From an uncultured Alphaproteobacteria bacterium (GTDB lineage: Bacteria > Pseudomonadota > Alphaproteobacteria > Methylaequorales > Methylaequoraceae), in contig CACBBU010000001.1 in assembly GCA_902537615.1 (NCBI GenBank), positions 66,304 through 130,303 of the forward strand: a DNA stretch of 64,000 nt, written 5' to 3'. The translations under genes were made by a program, and so were the position numbers. Shown here one piece after another: positions 40,161-50,280 of this stretch. Positions within the stretch are counted from its first letter, which is position 1, and each line of letters starts with the position of its first letter. The notes beneath the pieces are model-generated. The model was given only the letters and a program-made list of their open reading frames with translations. It was not told the DNA's origin and searched no databases.

Positions 40161-40877
40161 ATGTTTACAAAATTAGCTAACCCATCAACTTTTCAAAAAA
40201 TTTCGGATTTCATTTTTCCAAAATGTTTCGGTCTTTTTATTGTCTTTTTAATTTCAGGCTTTTACTATGTTTTTTTTAGTAGTCCACCCGATTATTTACA
40301 GGGAGAAACTGTTAGAATTATGTATATCCACGTTCCTTGCGCATGGCTTTCGCTTGGAATATATTCTATGATGGCTGGTTGCAGTTTTTTTTCAATTGTA
40401 TTTAAACACACGCTGGCTGATATCATAAGTAGAGCTTGCGCTCCACTTGGCGCCTGCTTTACTTTAGCAACTCTCATTACAGGTTCAATTTGGGGGAAAC
40501 CAACATGGGGAACATGGTGGGTCTGGGATGCACGTTTAACTTCAGAACTTGTATTATTTTTTATTTATATTGGTCATATTTTTATTTCTAATGCTTACGA
40601 AGATAAAAGAAAAGGTGACAGGTATGCTGCAATTTTGACTTTATTGGGTATTGTAAACTTACCAATTATCAAATGGTCTGTAGATTGGTGGAACACATTG
40701 CATCAACCTGCAAGTATTTCAAAATTAAGTTCCCCAAGTATTGATCCAAGCATGATGATACCACTTTTTTTAATGGTTTTTTCCTTTTTATTTTTTTTCA
40801 TTTCTTTAGTTCTATTAAGAATAAAAGGTGAAGTCATATCTAGAAAGCTTGAAATATTAGAGCAACATAGAGCATAA
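40161..40877 (+). CDS. ccmC: Heme exporter protein CcmC
   Basis: WGTWWVWDARLTSE (the CcmC WGxxWxWDxRLT tryptophan-rich motif). Confidence 0.9.
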   Translation: MFTKLANPSTFQKISDFIFPKCFGLFIVFLISGFYYVFFSSPPDYLQGETVRIMYIHVPCAWLSLGIYSMMAGCSFFSIVFKHTLADIISRACAPLGACFTLATLITGSIWGKPTWGTWWVWDARLTSELVLFFIYIGHIFISNAYEDKRKGDRYAAILTLLGIVNLPIIKWSVDWWNTLHQPASISKLSSPSIDPSMMIPLFLMVFSFLFFFISLVLLRIKGEVISRKLEILEQHRA

Positions 40878-41036
40878 ATGGAGATTTTTTTAAATTTTTT
40901 AAATTCAAAAGAGCATTTTTATTATGTTTTATCCTCTTACTGTGTTGTATTTTTTTTACTTGGCCTAATTTTTCTTCAAACATTTTATAGAGTCAAAAAA
41001 CTTCAAAAAAAACTTAATCAAAAATTAAACAAATGA
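40878..41036 (+). CDS. ccmD: Heme exporter protein CcmD (52 aa, single TM)
   Basis: Not in the track. ATG immediately after the ccmC stop, translating MEIFLNFLNSKEHFYYVLSSYCVVFFLLGLIFLQTFYRVKKLQKKLNQKLNK. Its TGA overlaps the ccmE ATG (ATGA). The position between ccmC and ccmE is canonical. Confidence 0.6.
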   Translation: MEIFLNFLNSKEHFYYVLSSYCVVFFLLGLIFLQTFYRVKKLQKKLNQKLNK

Positions 41037-41473
41037 AATTAAAAACGCAGAGATTTTTTAAAGTAACATCGCTACTTATTATTTTTTTAATTGGCTCTTC
41101 AATTCTTTTTTACAACCTTAAAAATAATCTTGTATTTTTTTTTTCACCTAGCGAAATTCTTGAAAAAAAAATATCATCTTTAGAAAATGTAAGACTTGGC
41201 GGAATGGTTAAAAAAGGAAGTATTAAAAAAAAAGAAACGGAGGTAGGGGAAAAAAAAGTTCAAGAAACAATTTTCACAATAACTGACTTTGAAAGAGAAA
41301 TATTTGTTTACTATGTTGGTATTTTACCTGACCTTTTTTCTGAGGGCCAAGGTGTGGTTGTTGAAGGTAACCTGATAAACGAGAATAGATTTAATGCAAA
41401 AATAGTACTCGCTAAACATGACGAAAACTATATGCCTCCAGAACTTGATAATATTGTAAAACCTACTAATTAA
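41033..41473 (+). CDS. ccmE: Cytochrome c-type biogenesis heme chaperone CcmE
   Basis: N-terminal TM anchor followed by an OB-fold domain (GxVxxGS...; LAKHDENYMPPE with the heme-binding His region). Confidence 0.85.
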   Translation: MKLKTQRFFKVTSLLIIFLIGSSILFYNLKNNLVFFFSPSEILEKKISSLENVRLGGMVKKGSIKKKETEVGEKKVQETIFTITDFEREIFVYYVGILPDLFSEGQGVVVEGNLINENRFNAKIVLAKHDENYMPPELDNIVKPTN

Positions 41474-41478
41474 ATACA

Positions 41479-43392
41479 ATGATTGCTGAAATAGGAGTTT
41501 TTTTTTTAATTCTAACTTTAATTGGGTCAAGTTTTGGTTTTATTTGCCCTGTATTGAAATTCCATGAAAACTCTGAAATCACTCAAATTAAAATTAGCAA
41601 ACTTACTTTTTTTTGTACAACCACCTCTTTCGTAATTCTCACTTATTGTTTTATAATATCCGACTTTTCATTAACCGTTATTGAAAAAAATTCTAACAGC
41701 CAACTTCCAATTATTTATAAAATTACTGGAGTTTGGGGTAACCATGAAGGATCAATTCTTTTATGGTTATTAGTAATGACATTCTTCGGCTTCCTATTTG
41801 CTTGCCAAAGCAAAATTGATTCAAAGTTAAAAGAAAAAACACTGAATGTTCAGAATACTCTTATTTTTCTTATTTCGTTGTTTATTTTACTAACCTCAAA
41901 CCCTTTTGAGAGAACTTTTCCTCCTGCTATCGATGGTGCCGACTTGAACCCCCTTCTTCAAGACCCAGGGTTAATAATTCATCCTCCATTTCTTTATCTA
42001 GGTTATGTAGGCTCTTCAATAGTTTTTTCAATTTCAATAGCTATTCTTATTCTTAATAATAACTCAAAAGAATATTTTACAATATTAAAACCTTGGATTT
42101 TTTTATCATGGACATTTTTATCATGCGGGATAGGACTTGGAAGCTGGTGGGCATATTATGAACTTGGATGGGGCGGATTTTGGTTTTGGGATCCCGTTGA
42201 AAATGCTTCGTTGCTTCCTTGGTTAACATCGTCCGCTCTCCTGCATACCATAATTATCTCAACAAAAAAGAAATCTCTTCAAAACTGGACTCTCTTTTTA
42301 TCAATAGTTACTTTTCTTTTAAGTCTACTAGGAACTTTTCTAGTAAGATCAGGGGTCCTTGTTTCCGTACATGCTTTTGCTAATGATCCAACTAGAGGTG
42401 TATTTATTCTTTTATTGTTACTTGCAATTTCTGCTATGAGTTTCTTTCTTTTTCTTAAAAGAAGTAAAAAATTTTCCAGTAAATTACAAATTAATTTAGT
42501 CTCTAGGGAGGGAGCCATTTCACTGAATAATATATTTATGTTTACACTTAGCTTCACAATCTTACTGGGAACTATTTACCCTCTATTTTCTAATGTTATA
42601 TTCAATAATAAAATTTCAGTGGGAGCTCCATTTTTTAATTCTATTCTTTCCCCTCTAATGATCCCTATAACATTAGGAATGATGTTTGGACCATTTCTTA
42701 AGTGGGAAAAGGATGATATAGGTAACCTCCTTTCAAGAATTAAAATTTTATTGTTAATTCTATTCATCGTTTCATTAACTGTCTGGTATTTAAATTTTAA
42801 GGGACCGATTCTTTCTGTAATTTTTTTCGCGTTTTCAGCGTGGATCATTACTAGTTCAATCTTTGAACTTTTAAAGTTTTTATCCTTTAAACCAAAATTA
42901 ATTCTGAGAAAAATTCCTTTAAAAACATTTTCACAAGTTTCTGCTCATATAGGTATTGCTTTGATAATTCTTGGAGCAACTGGCACGTCAATACTGAGAA
43001 TCGAACAAATTCAATTTCAAGAAGTTAATGAAGTTATTACTGCTAAGAATTTTAAAGTAAAGTTTTTGGGTATTAAATTAGTTGAAAAAGAAAATTATAA
43101 AAGTCAAATGGGTTTTTTTGAAATTTATAAAAATAATAAGTATATCAAGACACTTACACCTGAAAAAAGAATGTACAATTCCAACAAACAAGTTACAACT
43201 GAGGCAGCTATCCATTCTACTATATTTGGGGATCTGTATATAGCAATTGGTGATGGAAATGCCCTAAAAAAAAACTCCTGGACAACAAGAATCTGGTATA
43301 ACTCCTTCACAATTTGGATTTGGATTGGTGTATTGTTTTTAGTACTTGGAGGTATGTTGTCAATATTCAGGTTCATAAAGGTTAATAAATGA
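41479..43392 (+). CDS. ccmF: Cytochrome c-type biogenesis protein CcmF (heme lyase)
   Basis: WGGFWFWDPVENASLLPWL WWD domain; 637-aa polytopic protein. Confidence 0.9.
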   Translation: MIAEIGVFFLILTLIGSSFGFICPVLKFHENSEITQIKISKLTFFCTTTSFVILTYCFIISDFSLTVIEKNSNSQLPIIYKITGVWGNHEGSILLWLLVMTFFGFLFACQSKIDSKLKEKTLNVQNTLIFLISLFILLTSNPFERTFPPAIDGADLNPLLQDPGLIIHPPFLYLGYVGSSIVFSISIAILILNNNSKEYFTILKPWIFLSWTFLSCGIGLGSWWAYYELGWGGFWFWDPVENASLLPWLTSSALLHTIIISTKKKSLQNWTLFLSIVTFLLSLLGTFLVRSGVLVSVHAFANDPTRGVFILLLLLAISAMSFFLFLKRSKKFSSKLQINLVSREGAISLNNIFMFTLSFTILLGTIYPLFSNVIFNNKISVGAPFFNSILSPLMIPITLGMMFGPFLKWEKDDIGNLLSRIKILLLILFIVSLTVWYLNFKGPILSVIFFAFSAWIITSSIFELLKFLSFKPKLILRKIPLKTFSQVSAHIGIALIILGATGTSILRIEQIQFQEVNEVITAKNFKVKFLGIKLVEKENYKSQMGFFEIYKNNKYIKTLTPEKRMYNSNKQVTTEAAIHSTIFGDLYIAIGDGNALKKNSWTTRIWYNSFTIWIWIGVLFLVLGGMLSIFRFIKVNK

Positions 43393-43889
43393 AATACTTT
43401 TTCTTATTCATTTTTATGAGTAGCATTGGATTTTTGTTTTACAAAGGCCTTAAAATAGACCCATCAGTTGTTCCTTCTAATTTAATAGATGAACAAACCC
43501 CAAGTTTTCAACTAAAAAAAGTTGGTAAATATCCACTTTTTGATTCAATTGATTTAAAGAAACAAGAGATAAAAATTGTTAATTTTTTCGCAACATGGTG
43601 TGGGCCATGTAAAGTTGAGCATCCTCAACTTATGAAGCTGTCAAGTTCCTACAAAATTTACGGTATAGCAAAAAAAGATAACCCAAAGGATATAATTAAA
43701 TGGCTGAAAAATTATGGAAACCCTTTTGATAAAATAGGTTTAGACAATGATGGAATCTCCAGTATTGAATGGGGAGTGTACGGACTACCTGAGACCTTTA
43801 TAATCAACAAAGATAACAAGATTGTTTATAAACATATCGGACCAATAATGAAAAATGATTTAGAAAAAATTAACGCTATTTTAAAATGA
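43389..43889 (+). CDS. ccmG: Thiol:disulfide interchange protein CcmG/DsbE
   Basis: Thioredoxin-fold WCGPC active site; ATGA overlap with ccmF. Confidence 0.85.
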   Translation: MKYFFLFIFMSSIGFLFYKGLKIDPSVVPSNLIDEQTPSFQLKKVGKYPLFDSIDLKKQEIKIVNFFATWCGPCKVEHPQLMKLSSSYKIYGIAKKDNPKDIIKWLKNYGNPFDKIGLDNDGISSIEWGVYGLPETFIINKDNKIVYKHIGPIMKNDLEKINAILK

Positions 43890-44257
43890 AGACTATTTTA
43901 ATAGTTATTTTTTTCTTATACTCTCAGGCTCATTCTGTTGAACCAGATGAAATATTAGCTGATCAAAAACTTGAAAATGTTGCAAGAATTATTGGAAAAG
44001 AACTAAGATGCTTAGTTTGTCAAAATGAGGATATTGAAAATTCCAACGCTGATATAGCCAAAGATTTAAGAATATTAGTTAGAAAAATGCTTTCGGAAGG
44101 AAAAACTAAGGATGAAATAATTTCCTACATTCATTCACGATATGGTGACTTTGTGCTATTCAACCCCCCGATAAGATATGATACTTCTTTACTTTGGTTA
44201 CTTCCTATCATTTTTTTAACATTACTTTGTTATGCTTTTTTCAGAAAGAAAAATTAA
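43886..44257 (+). CDS. ccmH: Cytochrome c-type biogenesis protein CcmH (CycL)
   Basis: LRCLVCQNE (the LRCxxC motif); signal peptide; C-terminal TM segment. Confidence 0.8.
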   Translation: MKTILIVIFFLYSQAHSVEPDEILADQKLENVARIIGKELRCLVCQNEDIENSNADIAKDLRILVRKMLSEGKTKDEIISYIHSRYGDFVLFNPPIRYDTSLLWLLPIIFLTLLCYAFFRKKN

Positions 44258-44896
44258 ATGTTTTTGATTTTTTTAATAATTCTTTGCATAGTAATTTTTT
44301 TATTTTCAATATTCTTATACAATCCTAAGGTTTCAAAAAAAAAATTTTTCATTACATTTCTCTATATCTCATTTTCAGCTTTTTTGTTTTATTTTTTTAA
44401 AGGGAACAAAGAGGCATTCTTTTTTGTAAACTCAGTGGAAGAAGAAATAAATAAACTGACAAATAACCCAAAAAGTCTAAACGAAATAAACCCTCAAAAA
44501 ATAATTTTTTTTCTAGAATCTAAACTTAAGAAAAATCCCATAGACTTAGAGGGCTGGAAACTCTTAGCCAGAACATGTTTAATGACAGGGTATGAGCAAA
44601 AAGCTGAAGTGCATTATACAAAAGCTTTAAAATATTTTCCTAAAAATGAATCTTTAATATATGAATATGCAGTTCTTAAAAAAAAAACAGATCAAAATCA
44701 AGGAGCTATTAAACTCTTAACAAAAATTAATGTTAAAAAAACTAAACATAAAGATCTTCTTTATTTTTATTTAAATCTGCTTAAGGAAACAAAAAACTAT
44801 GACAGTTTAAAAAAGAAAATTGTTGAGCTACAAAATAATAAAAATTTAGATCTTTATGAAAAAGAAAATATTTTAAAAAAACTTGAGTTAAATTAA
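44258..44896 (+). CDS. ccmI: CcmI/CycH-like TPR protein
   Basis: N-terminal TM segment followed by TPR-like repeats (WKLLARTCLMTGYEQKAEVHYTKALKYFP); sits immediately after ccmH. Confidence 0.5.
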   Translation: MFLIFLIILCIVIFLFSIFLYNPKVSKKKFFITFLYISFSAFLFYFFKGNKEAFFFVNSVEEEINKLTNNPKSLNEINPQKIIFFLESKLKKNPIDLEGWKLLARTCLMTGYEQKAEVHYTKALKYFPKNESLIYEYAVLKKKTDQNQGAIKLLTKINVKKTKHKDLLYFYLNLLKETKNYDSLKKKIVELQNNKNLDLYEKENILKKLELN

Positions 44897-45778
44897 ATTT
44901 AACCTTTTAATTCTTTCTTTATCATTTTTACATGTAAAAAAATTTATTAAATTTATAACATTTTCTTTATTTGCAAATTTTATATTTTCAAACTTTCTTA
45001 CGGGAACAATCTTTAGAACGGAATTTGTAAGAAACATTTGATCAAATTTTTTAATATCATTTAATTTTATTTTTTCAATCATTACCTTATCAAAAAATAG
45101 TTTTGCATTATCTATTATCACTTGTCTCATTATTCCATTAATTCCAGAATCAATTATTGGAGGGGTAATCAGAATTCTTTTATGTACAAAAAAAATATTA
45201 GTCATAGTTCCTTCTAGGACATTTTGCTTTGAATCTATAAAAATACCTTCAAAAATTTTTTTATTGTTCCATTCTGATCTTGCAAGAACTGAATCAAGCC
45301 TGTTGAGATGTTTGAAACCAAATAAATTTGTATTTTGTGATAACTGTGTTTTACAAATCTTGACTGCAACTCCTGATTTAAAATTTTGCTTGTCTACTTT
45401 TGGCTTTGGTAAAGAAAGAAATATTATCGTCGGAACCATATTTTTTTCAAATTTATAACCTCTACCACCCACACCTCTTGTGATAATCATCTTTAGTAAT
45501 CCCGATTTTTTTTCTTTAAGGGATGCTGTCAAAATTAAGTTTCGTTGTCTAATTATTTCTCTATAAGACGGAAAATTAATTTGCATCAATTTACAACCAT
45601 CTTTTATTCTTTTTAGGTGTCTAAGCCAGAATTCAACACCAACAATAACTTTATTTTTAACCTTAAAACTGTCCCACAACATTGTTTCAAAGAAACCATC
45701 TCCATAAGCTAAGCCTCTATCATAAACTGAAATAGCTTCCTTAAACTCTCCATTTATGAGTGAGAAATTTTTACTCAT
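44888..45778 (-). CDS. pabC: Aminodeoxychorismate lyase / class IV aminotransferase
   Basis: DRGLAYGDGFFETM (class IV motif; PabC has DRGLQYGDGCFTT). Overlaps pabB by 4 nt. Confidence 0.7.
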   Translation of the reverse strand: MSKNFSLINGEFKEAISVYDRGLAYGDGFFETMLWDSFKVKNKVIVGVEFWLRHLKRIKDGCKLMQINFPSYREIIRQRNLILTASLKEKKSGLLKMIITRGVGGRGYKFEKNMVPTIIFLSLPKPKVDKQNFKSGVAVKICKTQLSQNTNLFGFKHLNRLDSVLARSEWNNKKIFEGIFIDSKQNVLEGTMTNIFFVHKRILITPPIIDSGINGIMRQVIIDNAKLFFDKVMIEKIKLNDIKKFDQMFLTNSVLKIVPVRKFENIKFANKENVINLINFFTCKNDKERIKRLNLI

Positions 45779-47166
45779 TTGTTAAAAGATCCAAGGGCCT
45801 TTAACATTCCATTAGCCTTGGCCTCTGTTTCAAATGTCTCATTTTCTGGGATAGAATCAGCAACAATTCCACCTCCTGCTCTAAAATAGAGAAATTCTTT
45901 TTCTTTAAGCATTGATCTTATCAAAATATTTAAATCCATGTCTCCACAGTGAGTGATATACCCAAAAGAACCTGTATATGGACCTCTTCCTTCTCTTTCA
46001 AGTTCGCCTAAAATTTCCATGCATCTTACTTTTGGACAACCAGTTATTGTGCCTCCTGGAAATAATGAACGAATAATTCTTCCAGGAGTAATATTATCAA
46101 TTTTCAGTCCACATATATTTGATACTATGTGATGAACATGTGCGTAAGACTCTATGGTCATCATTTCATTAACTTTAACACTTCCTGGTTTGCATACCTT
46201 AGATATATCATTCCTCTCAAGGTCAACAAGCATGAGATGTTCTGCTTTTTCCTTATCAGAATTTATTAACTCCATTGACAACTCTATATCTTGGATTCCT
46301 GAACTTCCTCTTGGCCTAGTTCCAGCAATTGGCCTAGTTTCCAAGTAATCACCATTTACTGAAACCAATCTTTCAGGCGATGAACAAATCACATTACTAT
46401 CTTGATAATTAATCAATCCGGCAAAAGGAGATGGGTTTTTACTCCTCAGTTGTCTATAAATTTCTATTTCATTAATATTTTTATCAATTTGGAATTGCCA
46501 TAATCTTGATAGATTTGCCTGAAAAATCTCTCCTTGAAAAATATAATCAATACATTTTCTAACTTGCTCCTGGTGTTCATATTCACTTCCTTTATTAAGA
46601 ATTTTAATCCTGCCTGATAATTTTTCATTTTCGTAGAGTATTTTTGAAAAATCCTTTTCTATATCCACGATATCATCGTAAAAAGTGTCATTATCATCAG
46701 AAGTAATTAAAATTTCGTTATCTACATGGTCAAAAATGATTGCAGTATTTACACGACTTGCAAAAGCAGTGGGAAGCTTGAATGGAGATTTAGGAATACT
46801 TAATCTAGGCTCAATCTCCTCAACAAGCTCATATCCCAAATAAACAAACCATCCTCCACAAAATGGAATTTTCTTATTATTGAATATAAAATCTTTTTGC
46901 TCAATTTTTTCTCTTTTCCAAATTAGGTCAAATTCATCTAGAAAACTATTTTTATTGTTGCTAGTTTTAAGTAGCAAGACTTTTGGTTTAAAAAAAAGAA
47001 TTGAAAACCTATTTTTTTTGTTACCCCTTGATGAGCTTTCAAGGAGATAAGGGTACTTATTTAGGTCAGTTGATTGAAGACTTAATAAATCAAATTTTTT
47101 TTTATCAAGTTTATAATATTTTCCAATCCAACCATTACCCTTAACTAAACTTCCAAAAAACTTCAT
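45775..47166 (-). CDS. pabB: Aminodeoxychorismate synthase component I (chorismate-binding enzyme)
   Basis: C-terminal chorismate-binding domain motifs SPERLV, GTITGCPKVRCMEILGELE, RGPYTGSFGY. Adjacency to pabC favours PabB over TrpE. Confidence 0.75.
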   Translation of the reverse strand: MKFFGSLVKGNGWIGKYYKLDKKKFDLLSLQSTDLNKYPYLLESSSRGNKKNRFSILFFKPKVLLLKTSNNKNSFLDEFDLIWKREKIEQKDFIFNNKKIPFCGGWFVYLGYELVEEIEPRLSIPKSPFKLPTAFASRVNTAIIFDHVDNEILITSDDNDTFYDDIVDIEKDFSKILYENEKLSGRIKILNKGSEYEHQEQVRKCIDYIFQGEIFQANLSRLWQFQIDKNINEIEIYRQLRSKNPSPFAGLINYQDSNVICSSPERLVSVNGDYLETRPIAGTRPRGSSGIQDIELSMELINSDKEKAEHLMLVDLERNDISKVCKPGSVKVNEMMTIESYAHVHHIVSNICGLKIDNITPGRIIRSLFPGGTITGCPKVRCMEILGELEREGRGPYTGSFGYITHCGDMDLNILIRSMLKEKEFLYFRAGGGIVADSIPENETFETEAKANGMLKALGSFNK

Positions 47167-47215
47167 TGACTTTTAAATATTATTATTTATATCAGAGAAT
47201 TTAAGGAATTTAAAT

Positions 47216-48496
47216 ATGTATCATACAGTTGTTATAGGTGGAGGATGTCTAGGGGCAGCAACTGCAATTTCACTTCAGAAAAAGCTTAACAAAAAAGGCA
47301 GAGGTGAAAAGGTTTGCTTAATTGAAAAAGCAGTGCTTTGCGCTGCCGAATCCTCAAGACACTCAGGTATTGTTAGGTCTGCTAATGCCGACCCAGATGC
47401 TTCAATAATGGCCTCAATAAGTACTAATATGTGGAAAAATATTAAGGAACATTGGGGAATTGATATGGAAATTGACGAATTCGGTGCAATTTGGATTGCG
47501 AAAAAAAACTCAGATGGTGATAACCCTGCATGGACAGATCTGTCAAAAAGAATGGAAAAAATTAACCTTGTTTTTGAAGAGATTGACCCAGAATCTGCTA
47601 TTCAAAAATGTGGAACTACCTTGATTACCGATCAAGATGAGTCTTATTTTTATGAACCAGCTGCATTCCAGTTAGATCCTAGCATTCTTAGGACTGCCTT
47701 GTATGAAGCTATAGAAGAAAACGGTGTAGAACTTTTTGAAAAAACTGAAGTTGAAACTATTGTAGCTGACGGTAATTCAATACAATCTTGCTTAACAAGT
47801 AATGGTAAATTTGATGCTAAACACTTTGTTAATGCTACAGGCGCTTGGAGTTCTCAACTATTTTCAAAAGTTGGTTTAAAAATTCCAGTGACAATTGAAC
47901 CTGTATCAGTCGTGAACTGGATGGAAAGTCCTAAGCAAATAAAATATGAATACCCAATAATCGCAGACTATACTAATCTTTGCTATTTTAGATCCTGGAG
48001 AGGTAATAAAATGCACGCTCATCAGCCAAGGAAGAGATCTGTCTATGAAATTGCAAAAAATTTCATAAACGATCTAACAGCCGTTAATGGTGGAGAGTAT
48101 TTAAATGAACCAATGAATCAATCTCTGGCCTATAATCAAATTAAGAACTACGAAGATATTTCAAAAAAAAGATTTTCAAATATTGATAAAACAGTTTACG
48201 CCTCCGGGTACAGATCCTTTTTTGACATTACCCCCGATTTAAGGTTCATTTTAGGTAAAGATTCAAAAATAAATAACCTTTTCCATAATTTAGGTTCTGG
48301 TCAAGCAATGAAGTACACACCTATTCTTGGTGAAGCACTTGCAGAAGACATAATAGGTGAAAAAAACATAATGAAAAAGTTTGATTATGGAAAATTTAGC
48401 ATTAACAGATTTGGTGATGACTATATGAAAGAATTCTGGAATCTTGTTAACGGAGAAGAAAACACACTCCACAGACAAGGTAAAAACACACTTTAA
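47216..48496 (+). CDS. FAD-dependent oxidoreductase (DAO family; D-amino-acid/sarcosine-oxidase-like)
   Basis: N-terminal dinucleotide motif VVIGGGCLGAATA; DAO-like length. Confidence 0.75.
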   Translation: MYHTVVIGGGCLGAATAISLQKKLNKKGRGEKVCLIEKAVLCAAESSRHSGIVRSANADPDASIMASISTNMWKNIKEHWGIDMEIDEFGAIWIAKKNSDGDNPAWTDLSKRMEKINLVFEEIDPESAIQKCGTTLITDQDESYFYEPAAFQLDPSILRTALYEAIEENGVELFEKTEVETIVADGNSIQSCLTSNGKFDAKHFVNATGAWSSQLFSKVGLKIPVTIEPVSVVNWMESPKQIKYEYPIIADYTNLCYFRSWRGNKMHAHQPRKRSVYEIAKNFINDLTAVNGGEYLNEPMNQSLAYNQIKNYEDISKKRFSNIDKTVYASGYRSFFDITPDLRFILGKDSKINNLFHNLGSGQAMKYTPILGEALAEDIIGEKNIMKKFDYGKFSINRFGDDYMKEFWNLVNGEENTLHRQGKNTL

Positions 48497-48900
48497 TCAT
48501 CATTGTCTGTTGAAAGTGATGTCATCACGTTCAAACTTCTCCAAAAGTCCTCGCTCTTCATATTTATATCATTAAGACGAATTAACAAACTTCTTAAAAT
48601 AGCCCTTACTACAGGATCAGCGGTTTTTATCTTTTCTTTTAAAGTTTTTTCACTTATTGGATATAAAATACAATTAGTAGCAGCTTCAGCAGTAATTGAC
48701 CTTGATTCATCCAAAGAGGGACCACGTTCACCAAAAATTTCCCCCTCGCCCACCTGACCTAGAAGAAGTCCACCCGGTGAATAAATATTTACTTTGCCTG
48801 CGTGGACATAGAACGCAAAATCAGCTTTATCTCCTTTAACATAAATTTTTTTTCCTTTTGAAAACTTTACCTGATTTATACCGAATTTAGATGATGTCAT
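48493..48900 (-). CDS. Stand-alone cyclic-nucleotide-binding (CAP-effector-like) domain protein, no DNA-binding domain
   Basis: GEIFGERGPSLDESRSITAEA matches the cNMP-binding motif (G-E-x-F-G-E...R-[ST]-A-x-A). 135 aa, so too short for a Crp/Fnr HTH. Confidence 0.7.
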   Translation of the reverse strand: MTSSKFGINQVKFSKGKKIYVKGDKADFAFYVHAGKVNIYSPGGLLLGQVGEGEIFGERGPSLDESRSITAEAATNCILYPISEKTLKEKIKTADPVVRAILRSLLIRLNDINMKSEDFWRSLNVMTSLSTDNDD

Positions 48901-48901
48901 T

Positions 48902-50260
48902 TTATTTAAGCCGATGATTAGAAATTCTATTCAAATATCTATTAGAGCATTTAACTTTTCTAGATAAGATATTACTAAAAAAAGCTTTATTTTTAAAGTT
49001 ATAACTATCACATGGATATGATTTTAAAGCCTGTTTAGCTAAACCAATTTCTTTTTCTAAAATCTCATTTAAGGTTTTAAGAATATTTTGTTGAAAATTG
49101 TTTGGAAAATAAATTTTTTCTTGAATTAGAAATACGGGTATTTTTGCAGGCACAATACTGATGAGAAGTCTTAAAAAAATTTTAGCTACCACCGACTCCC
49201 AATTAATTGAATTACCTTTAAAAAAATGACTACTGATCTCTTGGTTTTTATTTAAAAAACTATCAATTTTTAACCTGATATCCTTGACACTGATGTTGTT
49301 GTTAGCAAAATAATTTCCTTTCTCCAAACATAAAGACTTTATAAGCGATTCATAATTTTCAAGTTTAAGACCTTTAGAAATAATTTTACATATTTGAGTG
49401 AAGCTAAAATCCTCAGATATTCTCAACCGGTTAATATTAAGCTGCATTAGTAAATAGTTTTCAAAAAAATCGTTTAAATCAACATAGGATGTAGGGTTAT
49501 TATTTATTATGAACTTGTTTTTATAAATATTTATTAAACTTGTATCAAGTTTATTCCACCAACATCCATCAAACCTTTCAATATTATTAGAGTCTTTTTT
49601 TAGAAATAAATTTGCTTGCGAACTAGTCTCCGATATTGTAATTTTTCTTCTGTCAGATCTCACGAAAAATTTGTTTTCGTAAGTTGGAACATCAATTATA
49701 TTAGTAGAAAGAAGATTATTATACTCAGCTAAAATTTCTCTAATTTCGTGAGTCTTAAAGTTATCCTTGTACTCAACTTTGTTTTTCAATTGGTCTCTTA
49801 TAATAACAAATTCTCTTTTGGGGTGATTAATTTTTTTGTCAACAAATTGAAGTGAATCTTCAAAGTAATTTCTCAAATCCTTTGATGCTCTAATTCTTGT
49901 TAACCTACTTTTTTTGGTTTTTCTATCAAAGAAACCAGGAAAAAAATCAATTAAGTTTATTTTTCTTAAAACATTTACTGCATTGATTGTGTAAGAAGAA
50001 ATATTATTGGGGTTGTATCTTGATTTGGAGTTATATCCTCTTTTTGACATTGATAAACTTAAAAATTGTTCATTAGATTCATACCAACAGTAAAAAAGTT
50101 CTATAAGTAATAATTTAAGATGTTTTTCTAATAATAAGTTTTTATTTTCTATAGAAATACTATTTTCTAAAAGGCTTTCTGCTTTTTTTAAATCTATATT
50201 TTTCTGAATATCAAGTGGTCTACTAAAATTAAAATCTATTTGATCATTGTCTATATTCAT
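48902..50260 (-). CDS. Hypothetical protein of unknown function (452 aa), co-operonic with the cNMP-binding protein
   Basis: Long ORF with a 1-nt gap to the downstream cNMP-binding gene. No recognisable catalytic motif, no TM or signal peptide. Confidence 0.5.
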   Translation of the reverse strand: MNIDNDQIDFNFSRPLDIQKNIDLKKAESLLENSISIENKNLLLEKHLKLLLIELFYCWYESNEQFLSLSMSKRGYNSKSRYNPNNISSYTINAVNVLRKINLIDFFPGFFDRKTKKSRLTRIRASKDLRNYFEDSLQFVDKKINHPKREFVIIRDQLKNKVEYKDNFKTHEIREILAEYNNLLSTNIIDVPTYENKFFVRSDRRKITISETSSQANLFLKKDSNNIERFDGCWWNKLDTSLINIYKNKFIINNNPTSYVDLNDFFENYLLMQLNINRLRISEDFSFTQICKIISKGLKLENYESLIKSLCLEKGNYFANNNISVKDIRLKIDSFLNKNQEISSHFFKGNSINWESVVAKIFLRLLISIVPAKIPVFLIQEKIYFPNNFQQNILKTLNEILEKEIGLAKQALKSYPCDSYNFKNKAFFSNILSRKVKCSNRYLNRISNHRLK

Positions 50261-50280
50261 ACTATAAAAATCTCCATATT

